Source: Takakia lepidozioides
Taxonomy: Eukaryota > Plantae > Bryophyta
Reading direction: 5' to 3'
Assembly (NCBI GenBank): GCA_030704615.1
Contig: CM060733.1
Span: 13,950,001 to 14,014,000 of the forward strand
Length of the DNA: 64,000 nucleotides
Position numbers and translations under genes: made by a program. Below the pieces are notes generated by a model, which was not told the DNA's origin, made no database searches, and was given only the letters and a program-made list of their open reading frames with translations. Every line of letters begins with the position of its first letter. Within the stretch, counting starts at the first letter, position 1. Positions 12,697 to 25,656 of the stretch are shown piece by piece.

Positions 12697-15023
12697 CTAT
12701 GCATCCCCCTTGACGATGCATTTTGCAGCATGTTCTGCTAACTCCACATAGCCATGGATTCTGCAGGCACCAAGCAAGGCCCCCCACACAAAACCATCTG
12801 GTTCCATTGGCATTTTGTTGATAAAGTCCTCTGCCTCATCCAATCGTCCAGCACGGCCAAGAAGGTCCACCATGCAGCCAAAATGCTCCGGTGCAGGTTT
12901 GAGGCCATGATCTTGAATCATAGATTCAAAGTAGTGACTGCCTTCATCCACCAGGCCCACATGGCTACATGCAGAGAGAACAGATATGAAAGTGATACCG
13001 GTCGGCGTCAAGCCTTCCTGTTGCATTTGTTCAAATAGTTGCAGGGCCTCTTTACCACACCCATTTTGGGCACATGCTGTGATCATCGCACCCCATGACA
13101 CCACATCTCTTTCAGCCATATTGTCGAACACTTGACGTGCATCCCTCACGCTGCCGCATTTGGCATACATGTCAATTAGGGTGTTCTCCAACTTCGTACA
13201 TGATGCAATTCCGGATTTGATGATGTCAGCATGAACCTCTATGCCCTTTACCAGAGCTCCCAGACTGGCACACACATTGAGAATGCAAAGGAACATGACA
13301 CTATCAGGCGTAACCCCTTCTTGCTGCATTTCTTCATAGATTTTGAGAGCCTCCATACCACTCCTGTGCTGGGCACATCCTGCCATCATCGCACTCCATG
13401 AGACCACATCTCGCTTAGCCATATTGTCAAATACTTCACGCGCATGCTTTACACTTCCGCATTTGATATACATGTCAACAAGGGTGTTCTCCAAGTTGAT
13501 GTATGAGGCAATACCAGCTTTGATGATGTCAGCATGGACCTGCTTGCCCTTTTCAAGGGCTCCTAGGCTGGCACATGCATTGAGGATACAAATGAAGGTG
13601 ACCTTGTCTGGTATCAGGCCTTTGTGTTGCATTTGTTCATAGAGTGTGAATGCTTCCATACCACATCCATGCTGGGCATATCCTGCAATCATCACACTCC
13701 AGGATACCACGTTTCGCTTGCCCATATAATCAAACATTTGATGTGCATCCTTCATGCACCCACATTTGGCATACATGTCAACAAGAGCCGTCTCCAAAGT
13801 AATCTCTGGTCCCATTACAGCTTTGATGATGTCAGCATGGACCTTTTTGCCCTGTTGCACAGTTCCTAGGCTGGCACAAGCATTGAGAATGCAAATGAAT
13901 GTCACCCTGTTGGGAATCAGCCCTTCCCATTGCATTTGCTCGTACATCTTGAAAGCTTCTGTACCAAGCCCATGCTGGGCATATCCTGTGATCATGGCAC
14001 TCCATGAGACCACATTTCGTTTGGCCATATTGTCGAACACTTGACGTGCATCCTTTATGCACCCACACTTGGAATACATGTCAACAAGTGTGTTCTCCAA
14101 GTTTACATATGATGCAATTCCAGCTTTGATAATATCAGCATGAACCTCTTTGCCCTTTTCCAGGGCTCCTAGGGTGGCACATGCATTGAGAATGCAAATA
14201 AATGTGACCCTGTCAGGTGTTGGCCCTTCCTGTTGCATTTGCTCATACATCTTGAAAGCCTCCCCACCACACCCATGCTTAGCATATCCTGCTATCATGG
14301 CATTCCATGAGACAACATCTCGTATTGCCATACCATTGAACACTTGATGAGCATCCTTCATGCTCCCACATTTGGCATACATGTCGATAAGGGTGTTCTC
14401 CAAATTAATATATGACACAATTCCAGCTCTCCTGATGTCAGCATGGACCTTTTTGCCCTTTTCCAGATCTCCCAAGCAGGCACATGCACTAAGAATGCAA
14501 ATAAATGTGACCTTGTCAGGCATCACCCCTTCATGTTGCATTTGTTCAAAAAATTTGAAACCCTCCTCAGCATTCCCATATTTGTTATATCCTGCCATCA
14601 TCACAGTCCATGTAAACATATCTCGTTTGAGCATTCTGTCAAATACTTGGCGTGCATACACCAAACTCCCACACTTAGCATACATGTCGATAAGGGTATT
14701 AAGTAGACACATGTTTGGCTCAAGTCCCCTTTGGATGATGTGGGCGTGCACCTGCTTTCCCTTTGCTAGGTCTTTCGTATTGATGCACTCATGCAGGAGA
14801 GAGATGTAAGGATTCAAGTCTTCCCGAAGGGCTCGGTGGTTCAAAATGTGTGACAGATCTTTCAATTCTCGTCCCTTAGATATTGTCCTCACATAAGTGC
14901 CAGAATAGTCATTATTGACTCCCTCGCTTGGTCCTCTTTCGAACGTGGTGATGGTGGAGGGTGTGACCCATGCCACCAGTCTGATGGCCGACAAATACTT
15001 GTGCCTTATTGAACCCTGCCATC
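12697..15023 (-). CDS. PLS-class PPR protein 1 (truncated in E domain; start/frame problem at the 5' end)
   Basis: Uninterrupted PLS triplets (xVVSWxAMIxGYAQHG, VTFICILNACA, NTLVDMYAKCG) and E1 (VWGALLGACRIHG). The paralogous ATG at 15022 is out of frame with the tract because of 1 extra nt at ~14971. Confidence 0.85.
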
Positions 15024-15213
15024 CTGCATAAAATTCCCTTGAACACAAACTCACAAGATACTAGCAGATACTTGAAAAAAAGATCCCTCCTGGATGACAG
15101 CTTGTCATAATTATAAACAAAGTTCAAAGCCTACTGCAATCATCCACACTGAGAACAAATTGTACCAGCTCCCTCTATTTGAGCTCAAACCCTTTCTTTG
15201 TCACAGGAAATAC

Positions 15214-15385
15214 CCTTTGCATTCTTGAAGTGAAACTCCCTCGAGAGTAGATTCATCACCAGATTGCGCTCGCATTGTACCATGGCAGCTAGCTCTGCTT
15301 TTATCCATTGGGCATTCCACAAACTGTCAATCGAATAGACCTCATTGGCAAGCTCATGTCTGATATCCGGTGATCTTAGAAGTTT
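15214..15385 (-). CDS. OSB-type PDF motif, second half-exon
   Basis: After CACAG|, it reads KLLRSPDIRHELANEVYSIDSLWNAQWIKAELAAM. This matches the OSB PDF consensus KxPxxPDFKHKxTxEALWI..P.WV..EL. Confidence 0.6.
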
Positions 15386-15588
15386 CTGTGAATCCAGGAG
15401 TGGCCTGAGCAGCCATAGCTTCAACCACAGCCTCCAATAGACCATGCTACTACAACCACCAAAGCTTCCCAGCATCTTTCAATTGACAGGGAACATCCAT
15501 CATGCCCTGCTATGCGAGGATGAACAACCTATTGATAACAACAGTAGGAAAAAATGTCATTATTTTAGGAGAATACAGTTGGCCTCAT

Positions 15589-15655
15589 CTTCTCAGACCT
15601 GCTGTCCCACCACTGCAAAGGGTCTGACATGAACTGTTCAATTCTTACTCGTTTC
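15589..15655 (-). pseudogene. OSB-type PDF motif, first half-exon (donor apparently mutated GT>AT)
   Basis: EQFMSDPLQWWDSRSEK followed by ATGAGG. The paralogous exon at 25657 ends DK|GTGAGG. Confidence 0.6.
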
Positions 15656-15689
15656 TGCAGTAAACACCAGCTCCTCGTTGGCTTTCCAC

Positions 15690-15693
<4 letters not shown>

Positions 15694-15736
<43 letters not shown>
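15694..15736. repeat. (TC)n microsatellite
   Basis: About 21 TC units read directly. Shorter TC tracts occur at ~9009-9028 and ~59009-59031. Confidence 0.95.
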
Positions 15737-15739
<3 letters not shown>

Positions 15740-16722
15740 TTTTCTATTTCTACTGTTGGTTTTGTCTGTAGTTCGATGTTTGTCCCTTGGGCGCCTTTGG
15801 TACCTCTAGCAGACACAACAATTTCTTGTTGTATTTTGATGTGGGGGTTCATCTTATCTATGAAGGACGGGGTCTATGCCAGGCTATGCAAACGTCTCAT
15901 GAGTCATGAGTACATTCTATCAATGAAGGAAAAGCAATTATACCATAGTTGAGAGATGTTGCGGGAGCCGATGAAGAAGGACAAGGGAATGCTTATGGTT
16001 TTGGAGCCTGGACCGCTCCCACGCAATTCAAAGGCCGGAAAAGATGCGCAAACACCTTCATGTGTGCAAATTTTTTCGCTTCTTCTGGCGGCTTGGGACG
16101 CGTCATTTCCATCCTTTGAGCATTGCCAACCTGAATGGCCATTTCAGCTCCACAGCCTGGCCCGATAATCCAATGCATGATGCGAGACCTCCGGACCATT
16201 TCAAAGCAAGGAGAAGACAGAGCCTTGTATATGCCCGATGCCATCCCTGCAAAATCACGCAGAAATCACCACCCAGTTATGTAATGGAATCTTATTGCGC
16301 GATTCACAATCTACCCTTTGCAAAGCTGGGGAGCCCTCTCACGGACGAAAATCGAGTTTCCGGATGACACTATGGGCCTGTGGATGACATGGTCTGCGGT
16401 TATCGGCCTGTGTGTTCGCATGATCATGCTTCCCATGAAAAACAGCGATGCCCAAATTTGTGCAATTTCCGCTTGAACTTCTGGTGGATCTATAGCCCTC
16501 CATTGTTTTGAATCCCTGCCTCCATTCCGACCATACCAACACTCGATGCTACTCAGCAGCAAATTCAGATTGAGATTCATGTTTGTAGTCAGGCCGAGAT
16601 CTACATTTGTTGCTGTTCTAATACTTCAACTCTCCCTTCCCCTTCAAGAATCTTCATAGAGGGAGGGAGGGAGCAAGACAAGTGATTTGGAAGGAACAAA
16701 GACGGGTGATCGCTAGCTAGTT

Positions 16723-19700
16723 ATGGCGGTGGTGCAACACGGTTGCCATTGTACAGAGATTTCTGCAAATGAGTACATACGACTGAGTGGTGGAAAGCCT
16801 CCAGACGATCGTTGGGCCAACTATTTGGAAGAGGTCGACCCTGCCTCCATCACCGCTTCCGCAGAGACATTTAAGTGGTAAAATATTGGAAGCAGGCGCA
16901 GAATTTGCATGCCCATTATCTGTCGAGGAACTCTGGAGGTGCAAGTCGTCTTTTCTGTCTAGCGTACGATCCATTACGAGATGTACACTTCATGTTATGA
17001 TTGTCTCGAAAAAGATTCAGCATAATAACAGTTTCGAATCGGGCACTAAGCTGTACAGAAGTTTACGGCACTAACAACCCACAACCGAGATTGGCTTGTC
17101 TTAAGTTGAGATTTGGCATGTGCAGAAGGAACGCTTGAGAGAATTGTCTAAGCAGAAAGCAGATAGATGGCCCAACACCCTAGTAAATCTGCGACTGTTG
17201 AGAGAGAAGGCCAGACAAGAGAAATTTGCACTAGAGGAGGTACGCCCTTCTCTCTCTCCTCACTGACGTAGTAAAGTGTGGTGAATGCGCTTCTTGTCGG
17301 TCGTCATGGCGGTGTCTCATTTCTTCGCCTGACAACGTATGCATGCAGATAGAGAAAAAGAAATTGGATGCAAAAGAGGCAGCTCTCAGGCGCCAAAGAC
17401 GACTAGACCAGGTTTGTTCCTTGACATTGCATTTTTCTTTCATGTCATTTGAATTTCCAACATACTATGGAGTTTCCTAATCTGAATGTAGTTGCTGAAA
17501 TCATGTTCCTAGCTGTATGCGAAGTTCTGGCGATCTGGTGCAGCACATCAGAGCCAAAGAAAGGAAGGAAGAAGGTTTGTTTCATACTTCTGTGTAATTT
17601 CATACCTCATGATGACTTGCTATCATCTCAGTCAAAACTCCTACAAGGTTTTTCTGTATCAAGTGTTTTCTCCATAGAAGGGCTAGGAGAAAGGAGGATA
17701 CAGAAATGAAATGAAATGGTACTGTATAAGTCCGTGGGAAGCTCAAAGAGCTTATGGGACACGAGGAAGAAAGAAACAAGAAAGAGAGAGGGGCCACAAG
17801 CAGCCCAAAAGCAACTATAGCTCAAGGGATTGTCTAAGAGTCAACGCTTCATGCAAGTAAGCTGCCAAGCATTTATGATGGAAGACCTGCATGAGAAACT
17901 GGGTATCCCGAAATGGACATTTGAATCCCTCACAGAGCTCAGAGTATAAAGGGCAGTGAAAGAAGAAATGTTCTTCACTTTCGATGCCCCTGTAGTTCCC
18001 AGTGCAAGCAAGACATAGGCAGTCGTGACGTTGCAAATTTATCAGCAGACTGTGACAGAGAGAAAGAAAGAACAAAGATACAGCCTTGTGCCATCCAGCC
18101 CATGCAGATGAATTGGGAAGAAAGTGAGAGGTTTGTTGAGGGCTGGGGGAATGCAATAGTGCCTAATATTGATTTATGTTGTACGGCTTTCAGATACAGA
18201 GGGCCAACCATCTTCTGGAGAGGCCTCATATAAGAACGATTCAATCAAAAGCTCTGATAGACAATGTTAACAAGGTTTACTATCAACCCTAGATGCTTAA
18301 TATTGTGAACATGCCTGCATTCAAACCAGATCCACAAGGCTGCCAGTCAATATAACCAAGTATGATATGCACTTTTTGGGATGTGATGGGGTCGAGTTCC
18401 GATTTGGACTTCTCGTCAACACAATGATCACCTCAGTTGTAGGGAAAGCCGCAGTTCTTGCGTATTGACCGATGAGAGCTACATGTCACTTCTGACTGGA
18501 TATTGGCTGTGCATCTTGTCCACATAAGAGTGAGATGCCATGCCATCTACTTAAGCTCCATATCTGTTGGAGGAAAGGGGGCAATGAGTTTAGGCAAGTC
18601 TCTCTTTTCATCAAAAACAGGGTTATCTTTGTACATCAACCAGTCAAACCAACCATTTTTGCATGCCAAGTGAGACATTACATGGAAAACAAACAGAGCC
18701 AAGCAGAGGAAGAGGCCTCAAGGTCCATCAACCGGAATTAGGCCATGCATGGAAGTGACCCAGGGGCCTTACTGCCTTTCAGCAGCTTAAAAGACTTGTT
18801 ATTCTATTTTTGTGTGGTAATAATTGCTCTTTTGCTGGTAGAAGCGGCGTCCACCGACTCTCCCCCAATTTCATTCGGTCTGGGGCCCTGTTAGTGTCTG
18901 TCACCTTAGGTTCATGGAGTAGTATGGTGGAGATTGAAAGTGAGAACTAAGCATGTGAACATTACTGCCTTGTCTTGTAGGAAAGGGAGGCACAACTTGC
19001 ATACAAAGCCAAGATGAAAGATGCATGGAAGAAGAAGGACCAGTGGTGGCACGAAGTCCTGATTCGTGAGATGACAAAGGCTATAGTTGCTGAAGAAAAT
19101 AAGATGGTGGAGGTGCATAAGAAAGAAATCGAACTTGGCAAAGACCGTAAACTTCAAGTGCGGGTCTAGGCTTAACAATCCTGTACATTTTCATGTTTAT
19201 TTTTCCTTTCTCTCCTGCTTTCTGTTTTCTACCCGCTCCTTTTGTCCCCTCTTGGAACCATTTTCCATCCTAGTGTTCATTCTTTTCCTCTCAAGATTTC
19301 CTTCCTGTTTTGTATTTCGTCTTTTTGGGGGATGAGCGGAACCTGGAAGTCAAGCCCCTTCCTGACTCTTTTTCTCACTCTCTGTTTTGTGGGCGATTAG
19401 GAGGCCTTCCATGAAAGGATTAACACTGCAGATGAAACCCACCAATTAGCAATATCTCTTTTTTGGTTTTGGACGGCTCGCCTTCCTTTGCATAAAGACT
19501 TCATATGAACTAAATTCAAGGAACATGCTTTGTTGAAAGTGGAATCTCCCTGAGGGAATGATCAAAGTGTCTGTGTGTGGGTGCCCTGGGGAGGGTTGCA
19601 GATGGACGAAAACCACCAAAGGTGGCTGCAAGCAGAGGAACAAAAGAAAAAGGAAAAGATGGCTCTTCAACAGAAGGCTGAGGAAGACTTGCGTGACGAA

Positions 19701-22145
19701 GAACTTCAGATCGAGAGGAAGGCAGAGAAAATTGCTCGGGCCAATAGAGAGTTGGTTGAACTTAATAAGGAAATGAAGGTGGGCTCTCTCTCTTTGACTG
19801 GGTACAGTAGGATTAGTATTCAGGAGGACCACATTTGCAGGGAACAATCAATGCTTACATCTCTCTTCATTGTCATGATAAGTCACACAACCGGAGTGAG
19901 CCCCTCACAAAGTAGTATATGTTCCCTTATGTTCCCCGCAAACTGGGCGAGGGGTCTACGGCCACAAGGCTACGGCACACAATGTCTTATGAGCACATTC
20001 TCTTCAGTTCCATTACACTAGCTAGAAGGTCCTAAACAACATTTGTTGTACTTCTTCTTGAGCATCAGCTACAAGGCCTCACACTGAGCTGACAGCTTGT
20101 TGGTTCGTGAGTTGGACTATACACCACACATGGTCTCTCCAGTTGTCCAAAGGTATCGATCGGAAGCACACAGTGTATGTGATCTGGTATGTCATCATAT
20201 CAAACCTTTAGAAACCACAGTGAAGCCAGTGACAGAAACAACGGAATCATCTAGACACAGGTCATTTGTGTTAGGAATTCGCCTGTCAACACACCTTTTG
20301 CAATTAGAGAAGTGATGTTATAGTCCAATCACATTGCAGACTCTTGAGTGATATGTCTCTCCCATCCAATCTTCCCTCATATTTCATGTGTGTAGATCTA
20401 GAAGAACGGAGATGAAAAGAATGGAAGGTACTTAAAGGGAGGGGACTGGAATCTCCTTTTCTTTCAAGCACCAAGAGGGTGGGACACCTGTTATCTTCAG
20501 CAATGCCTGTTGGATTTTGTTGGAGACCTAACTAGTATATGGGCCTTGGGAGTGCAGAGGAGAAGAGAAGCAGAGAAGGAAAAATGGAAGGAAATGGATA
20601 GACAGATTGAGGTGTATGCAAAGCAGAAGGCAGCAAGAGAACTAGCCTATAAACAGGGCCAGGATGCCAAGAAAGCAGAGAAAGCACGATTGCGTGACCG
20701 CATGATTGCAACAATGGAAGCTGTAAGTGGTACCCAACCACCATGGATGCAAATTAAGACATTGATTTTGCAAGTATATCCCTTGTTCAAAAGTCAAACG
20801 TGACATGGAGGCTGTATTTTTGCTTGTATGTGGTCCCATTTCCAGTGAGGGTTAGGTCACTGAAACAGTGGAAGCCTGGTTACTCCTCGCTTGAGGTCGT
20901 GTTCTGGGTCTCAGATTGACTTTATTTGGAAACATGATTCTGTCAAACTGCCCACTCTGACAATATGTGCTTTGATTTTGATGGACTTCTATGCAGCAAT
21001 TGCTAGCTGCAAGGCAAGATGGAGATAAGCGCCAACAGAATGAGCAAAAAGAGAAGGAAATTGCAGACGATATGTATGAAATGATGAAGGCTGAACGACA
21101 GAAGAAGGACTGGGAACTTTGTGACAAATCCCGACAAACACAGGTACCTTGTCCTCTCTTGCAAGCGCGATGACAGCAAGCATTTTCCTGATGGGCACAA
21201 TTTGCCTGAAACTGGACTTTTTGCACTGGGCAATACACATAAAAAGCTCAATTGAAGACTTGTAATGGTGATTGGTATGCCTGTTCGTGCTCTGCTATGA
21301 GAGTAGTCATGAGAAAGAGGAGGAGGAAAAGGCATACCATAGTTAACCAATTGCATTGCCCCTATCATTAACTCCTCACTATCACCTCAAGAAAAATATT
21401 TATCCCAACAAAATGGCCCAGATTGTAGTTGCATGTCCAAGCTTACAGTAGATTTGCCTTCAGAAAAGTGGTGACACAACATGATAAATGTGGTGCTTTC
21501 AGTTGATAAACTCCCATTATACTACATGGACAGAGATGCACTCTTGACTAGTGGAGTTTGGTTTCCATTTTGTCTGACACATTTGATGGGGATGGCATTT
21601 CGGGAACAGATACAAAGGAAGAAGGATGAAGATGAGCTGGAGAGACAGGATGATAAATATTCCCAAGAGCAGGCCTACAAAAACATTATGAAAATTCTCA
21701 AGGAAGAACAGGTCGAAGAACTTGCCACTTTGAATCGCAACACGGAGTTTGCCAACCATCATCTAAAACAGAAGGTTTGTTCCTAATGTAGCCCAATTTC
21801 ACAGCCGAAAAAAAAAACAAAAAGGTGGGGGAGGGGAGTGACTGAGCAGCTCTTCTCTGGCTTTCCCATGAATTTGTAGGTGAAGTTTTTCTAAAGGCCA
21901 CAAACATGTCAAAACAAAAATGGAAGATCCAGGGCCTTGTCACACATGAGTTTGTGTGAAGAGTTGGTTGTCTGATGCAAGGGTAGTCCATAGTTCACTG
22001 AGTGCATCATCACTTATCTTTCTAGTAATTGTCTTGCTTGTTGTGGGATCTATAGAAAGAAAAGGAGGATTTGAAGAAGGAGAATAAGAGGATTGCTATT
22101 GAAGAAGATGTAGAAGCATGGACACAGCTCCTAGCAGACGAAGAG
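16723..22145 (+). CDS. CFAP210: Cilia/flagella-associated coiled-coil (TPH-domain) protein, CFAP210/CCDC173-like; one internal exon and the 3' end unresolved
   Basis: Exons 16723-16833, 17126-17239 (KERLRELSKQKADRWPNTL), 17349-17411, 18981-19157 (EREAQL), 19602-19778, 20558-20722, 20997-21143, 21610-21774, 22056-22145. These are E/K/R/Q-rich coiled coils, and the WPNT motif is typical of the FAP210 family. Confidence 0.7.
17815..18300 (-). mobile_element. Non-LTR retrotransposon 3' fragment (CCHC knuckle, RTE-X/L2-like) in a CFAP intron
   Basis: CLACTG..IESEEHFFFHCPLYSEL motif. Confidence 0.55.
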
Positions 22146-23099
22146 TACGTCAAAAACATAAAATTTGATTGAATCACAAACTCCCAATTTCCTTGTGATT
22201 TTCAGAAACACATTCAAATCAATGCAGATATTCAACTACTATTATTGAATTGTTTTAACTGGGCAATTTTTCTTTCTCTAACCTCCAATGTCTTCCTGAA
22301 ATGATATTTTCCATCCCTTTCGCATTGTTAGATAATGATCCAAGTATTGTGATAATATCCATGGGAAGGTGCACTTCCAATCACAGGTGTCCACTCAACT
22401 TTACTCTCCAAGAGATTAATTAAAAATTAGACTCGGACTGCCAAATGTTGTAAATTGGCCTTTTGAGACTTTACATTGTGGCTCTAAATGAAAACTCGAG
22501 CCTTGTTGGCACCTTGTGAGCAGAAAAGGTGAGCTCAGTGCTGGGGTACCTTCCCAGTGCTGACAACCATTTTTGCCTGACATGGCAACTGGAAATTGAG
22601 TGCTGCGAGATCCAGCCTGATGTCAAGCCGCCTGAGTGACAGCAGCCATTTCTAAAAATTGATTGGACTTGGGTCGTCACTTGGTCTCCACGCACTTGAC
22701 ACAATTTCACTTGGAGTGTCGTGACACTTAAGAGGGGCCTGGATCGTGGGCTGTTGTGTGAAGTAGCCCTTGGGAGTGGCACGGCGCCTGCAGTGCCCCC
22801 ACCAAAACTAACTCCAGCTGGCACAGGCACCATGTTGTTTTCCTTCAACAGACCATGACATCCAGGTTTGTAATTTAGGGTTTATGTTATAGGTGCAGAA
22901 TCTGGCAATATTTACTGCGGAGGTACATTTCAATGGTAACTTCACCACATCAGGAGATTTGGCAATCTACCATCTACCAATGGGGGGCCTATACTTGGCA
23001 ACCACTGAGACTGGTTTCAAGATTAGTTTCCTGACCTTCAGTGAGGTTGCCAACTTTTCAAGCCATATTCTGTGAACAAAAGATGATGAGGGTGTAGGA

Positions 23100-23451
23100 G
23101 CCACCCAAACCCTTGATGAAGCAATGGCAGATAGGAATATGGGGGTGGTCCAATTGAGCCCAAGGCAATGCAGCTTCTCTTTGTGGTGGCAAAACACCAA
23201 ATTCCTCACGATTATCCTCAAAAGCCCATGGCAGGTGTGTAGTGTGTACTCCACTTCTTCATCCGTCCATAGCATCTCTTCAGCTGAGCATGGACTTCCT
23301 CAGTTTTTCTGGTGCAAATTTGTTTGATACGTGAGGGCCAGTAGTCAACCTGTGCCCTGGTGCCTTTCTGTCACACCTCTCTCCATCATGTTCTTCACCT
23401 CTGCTTGACTGTCCCACCAGCCAGCCACAGTATAAATGTTTCATAGCAGTC
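23100..23451 (-). pseudogene. Eroded E2/E+/DYW remnant of PPR2
   Basis: Fragments NIYTVAGWWD..VKNMMERG, EEVHAQLKR and FCHHKEKL, with stops and frameshifts. Confidence 0.7.
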
Positions 23452-25305
23452 CTATGTGGCCAAGTACTTTGGATCTTGCTTACGACAACCTTTTAGCGAA
23501 CATTCTGCCAGCTCCACATCTCCATGAATACTGCAGGGCAAGTAAGCCAGCAGCTGCTTTGATTCACTTGCAGCTTGCCGTGGATCCAAGTTGAGAAGGC
23601 ATTTTGCTGCATGTTCTGCTAGCTGCACATTGCCATACATTCTGCAGGCACTAAGCAATGCCCTCCACACCCTAGCATGTGGTTGGATTGCCATTTTGTT
23701 GATGAGTTCCTCTGCTTCATAGAATCTCCCTGCACGGCCAAGAAGGCCCACCATGCAGCCAAAATGCTCCACTGTATGAGTCAGACCATGATCACGACTG
23801 ATGGAATCAAAGAATTGACAGCCTTCGTCCACTAGGCCCACATGGCTACACGCAGAGAGAAGAGATAAGAAGGTGATCACATCCGGTTTCAAACCTTCCT
23901 GCTGCATTTGTTTGAACAAATGCAGTGCCTCCTTCCCACAGCCATGCTGTGCACATCCTGCAATCATAGCATTCCATGAGACTACATTTCGTTTTTCCAT
24001 ATTGTCAAACACATCCCACGCATCCTTCATGCTCCCACATTTTGCATACATGTCAGTGAGTGCTGTCTCCAGAATGATATCTGGTTCAATTCCAGATTTC
24101 AAGATGACAGCATGGACATCTCTGCCCTTTTCCAGGGCTCCCAGGATGGCACACACATTCAGAATGCAAGTAAATGTTACCCTGTTGGGCAGCACCCCTT
24201 CCCCTTGCATTTGTTCAAACAATTTCAGGGCTTGCGTGCCACACCCATACTGAGCATGTCCTGTGATCATGGCATTCCATGATACCACATTTCGTTTAGC
24301 CATATTGTCGAACACTTGATGTGCATCCTTCATGCTACCGCATTTGGCATACATGTCAGCAAGTGCCGTTTCCAAATTAATATCAGTAGCAATGCCAGCT
24401 TTTATGATGTCAGCATGAACGTCTTTGCCCATCTCCACGGCTCCCAGGCTCACACATGCATTTAGAATGCACATGAATGTCACTGAGTTAGCCATCACCC
24501 CTGCCCCTTGCATTTGCTCATAGATCTTGAAAGCTTCCCTGGCACACCCATGCTGAGCATATCCCGCAATCATGGAATTCCATGAAATCACGTCTCGTTC
24601 AGCCATGGTGTTAAACACTTGACGGGCATCTGTTACACTCCCACATTTGGAATACATGTTGACAAGGCTATTGTCTAAATTGATATATGCAGCAATTCCA
24701 GCTTTCACAATGTCAGCATGGACCTCTCTGCCCTTTTCGAGGGCATCTATGCTGGCACAAGCATTGAGGATACCAATGAATGTGACCTTATCAGGCATTA
24801 CTCCTTCCCGTTTCATTTCTTCATAAATACTGACAGCCTCGCTCCCACACCTTTGCTTGGCATATCCTCCTATCATTATATTCCATGTGAACACATCTCG
24901 TTCAGGCATTTGGTCAAACAATCGACGTGCATCCACCACGCTCCCACATTTGGCATACATGTTGACAAGGGTGTTGAGCAGAATGATGTTTGGGGTGCAT
25001 CCACTTTGGATGATGTGGGCATGCACCTGCTTTCCCTCTACTAGGCCTTTCAAGTTCGCACACGCCTGCAAGACACAGACATACGTCATGGAGTCTGCCC
25101 GAAAGCCTCCTTGATGCATAATGTGGATTGCCTCTTTCAGTCGTCCTGCCTTACATAGGATCCTCATATCCCTACAAGTGCCAAGTGGGTTTTTATTGGG
25201 TCCCTCTTTCGGTCCTCTTTTACAAGCAGTGGTAATGGTAGGGTTGCTAACCCAGCCACCACTCCAATGTCCAAGAAACAACTGTGCCTGATTCAACTTT
25301 GCCAT
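23452..25305 (-). CDS. PLS-class PPR protein 2 with E1 and a duplicated partial E segment, no intact DYW
   Basis: 617-aa intact ORF starting MAKLNQAQ, with PLS triplets and VWRALLSACRMYGNVQLAE. A second degenerate copy (CSIHGDVELAE) precedes the stop. Confidence 0.9.
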   Translation of the reverse strand: MAKLNQAQLFLGHWSGGWVSNPTITTACKRGPKEGPNKNPLGTCRDMRILCKAGRLKEAIHIMHQGGFRADSMTYVCVLQACANLKGLVEGKQVHAHIIQSGCTPNIILLNTLVNMYAKCGSVVDARRLFDQMPERDVFTWNIMIGGYAKQRCGSEAVSIYEEMKREGVMPDKVTFIGILNACASIDALEKGREVHADIVKAGIAAYINLDNSLVNMYSKCGSVTDARQVFNTMAERDVISWNSMIAGYAQHGCAREAFKIYEQMQGAGVMANSVTFMCILNACVSLGAVEMGKDVHADIIKAGIATDINLETALADMYAKCGSMKDAHQVFDNMAKRNVVSWNAMITGHAQYGCGTQALKLFEQMQGEGVLPNRVTFTCILNVCAILGALEKGRDVHAVILKSGIEPDIILETALTDMYAKCGSMKDAWDVFDNMEKRNVVSWNAMIAGCAQHGCGKEALHLFKQMQQEGLKPDVITFLSLLSACSHVGLVDEGCQFFDSISRDHGLTHTVEHFGCMVGLLGRAGRFYEAEELINKMAIQPHARVWRALLSACRMYGNVQLAEHAAKCLLNLDPRQAASESKQLLAYLPCSIHGDVELAECSLKGCRKQDPKYLAT

Positions 25306-25656
25306 CCTGCACCACTCCAGACTCTTAGTTAAAGACCTCCTTTGTGCACTTATGTCTTGGAGTCTGGGATATTTCTATGAAAACCATTAGTGTGCAGCTA
25401 AGCATTGATGGCTTCAACTATAGTCTGCATTGAGAGACCACCAAAGCCAGCTATCTTTCAATTAACACGGAACAATCTCCACCAACCTACCTTCATCCCC
25501 TGTAAGAACAACCCACTGCTTTTGACTATAGAGCAGAAAAAAATACATTAATCTAAGCAATTGGAGATGTAATCTGGTTACAAACATCGTCTTAAAAGCT
25601 TCAGTTAGAAGCCTCCTCGATGAACTCTTTCATGTCACAACCGAAGACAGCCTCAC

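Noticed and set aside
977-22145. Male-reproduction gene cluster (MS2-like plus flagellar gene)
   Set aside because: Only two genes, acting in different generations (spore wall versus sperm); chance adjacency is sufficient.
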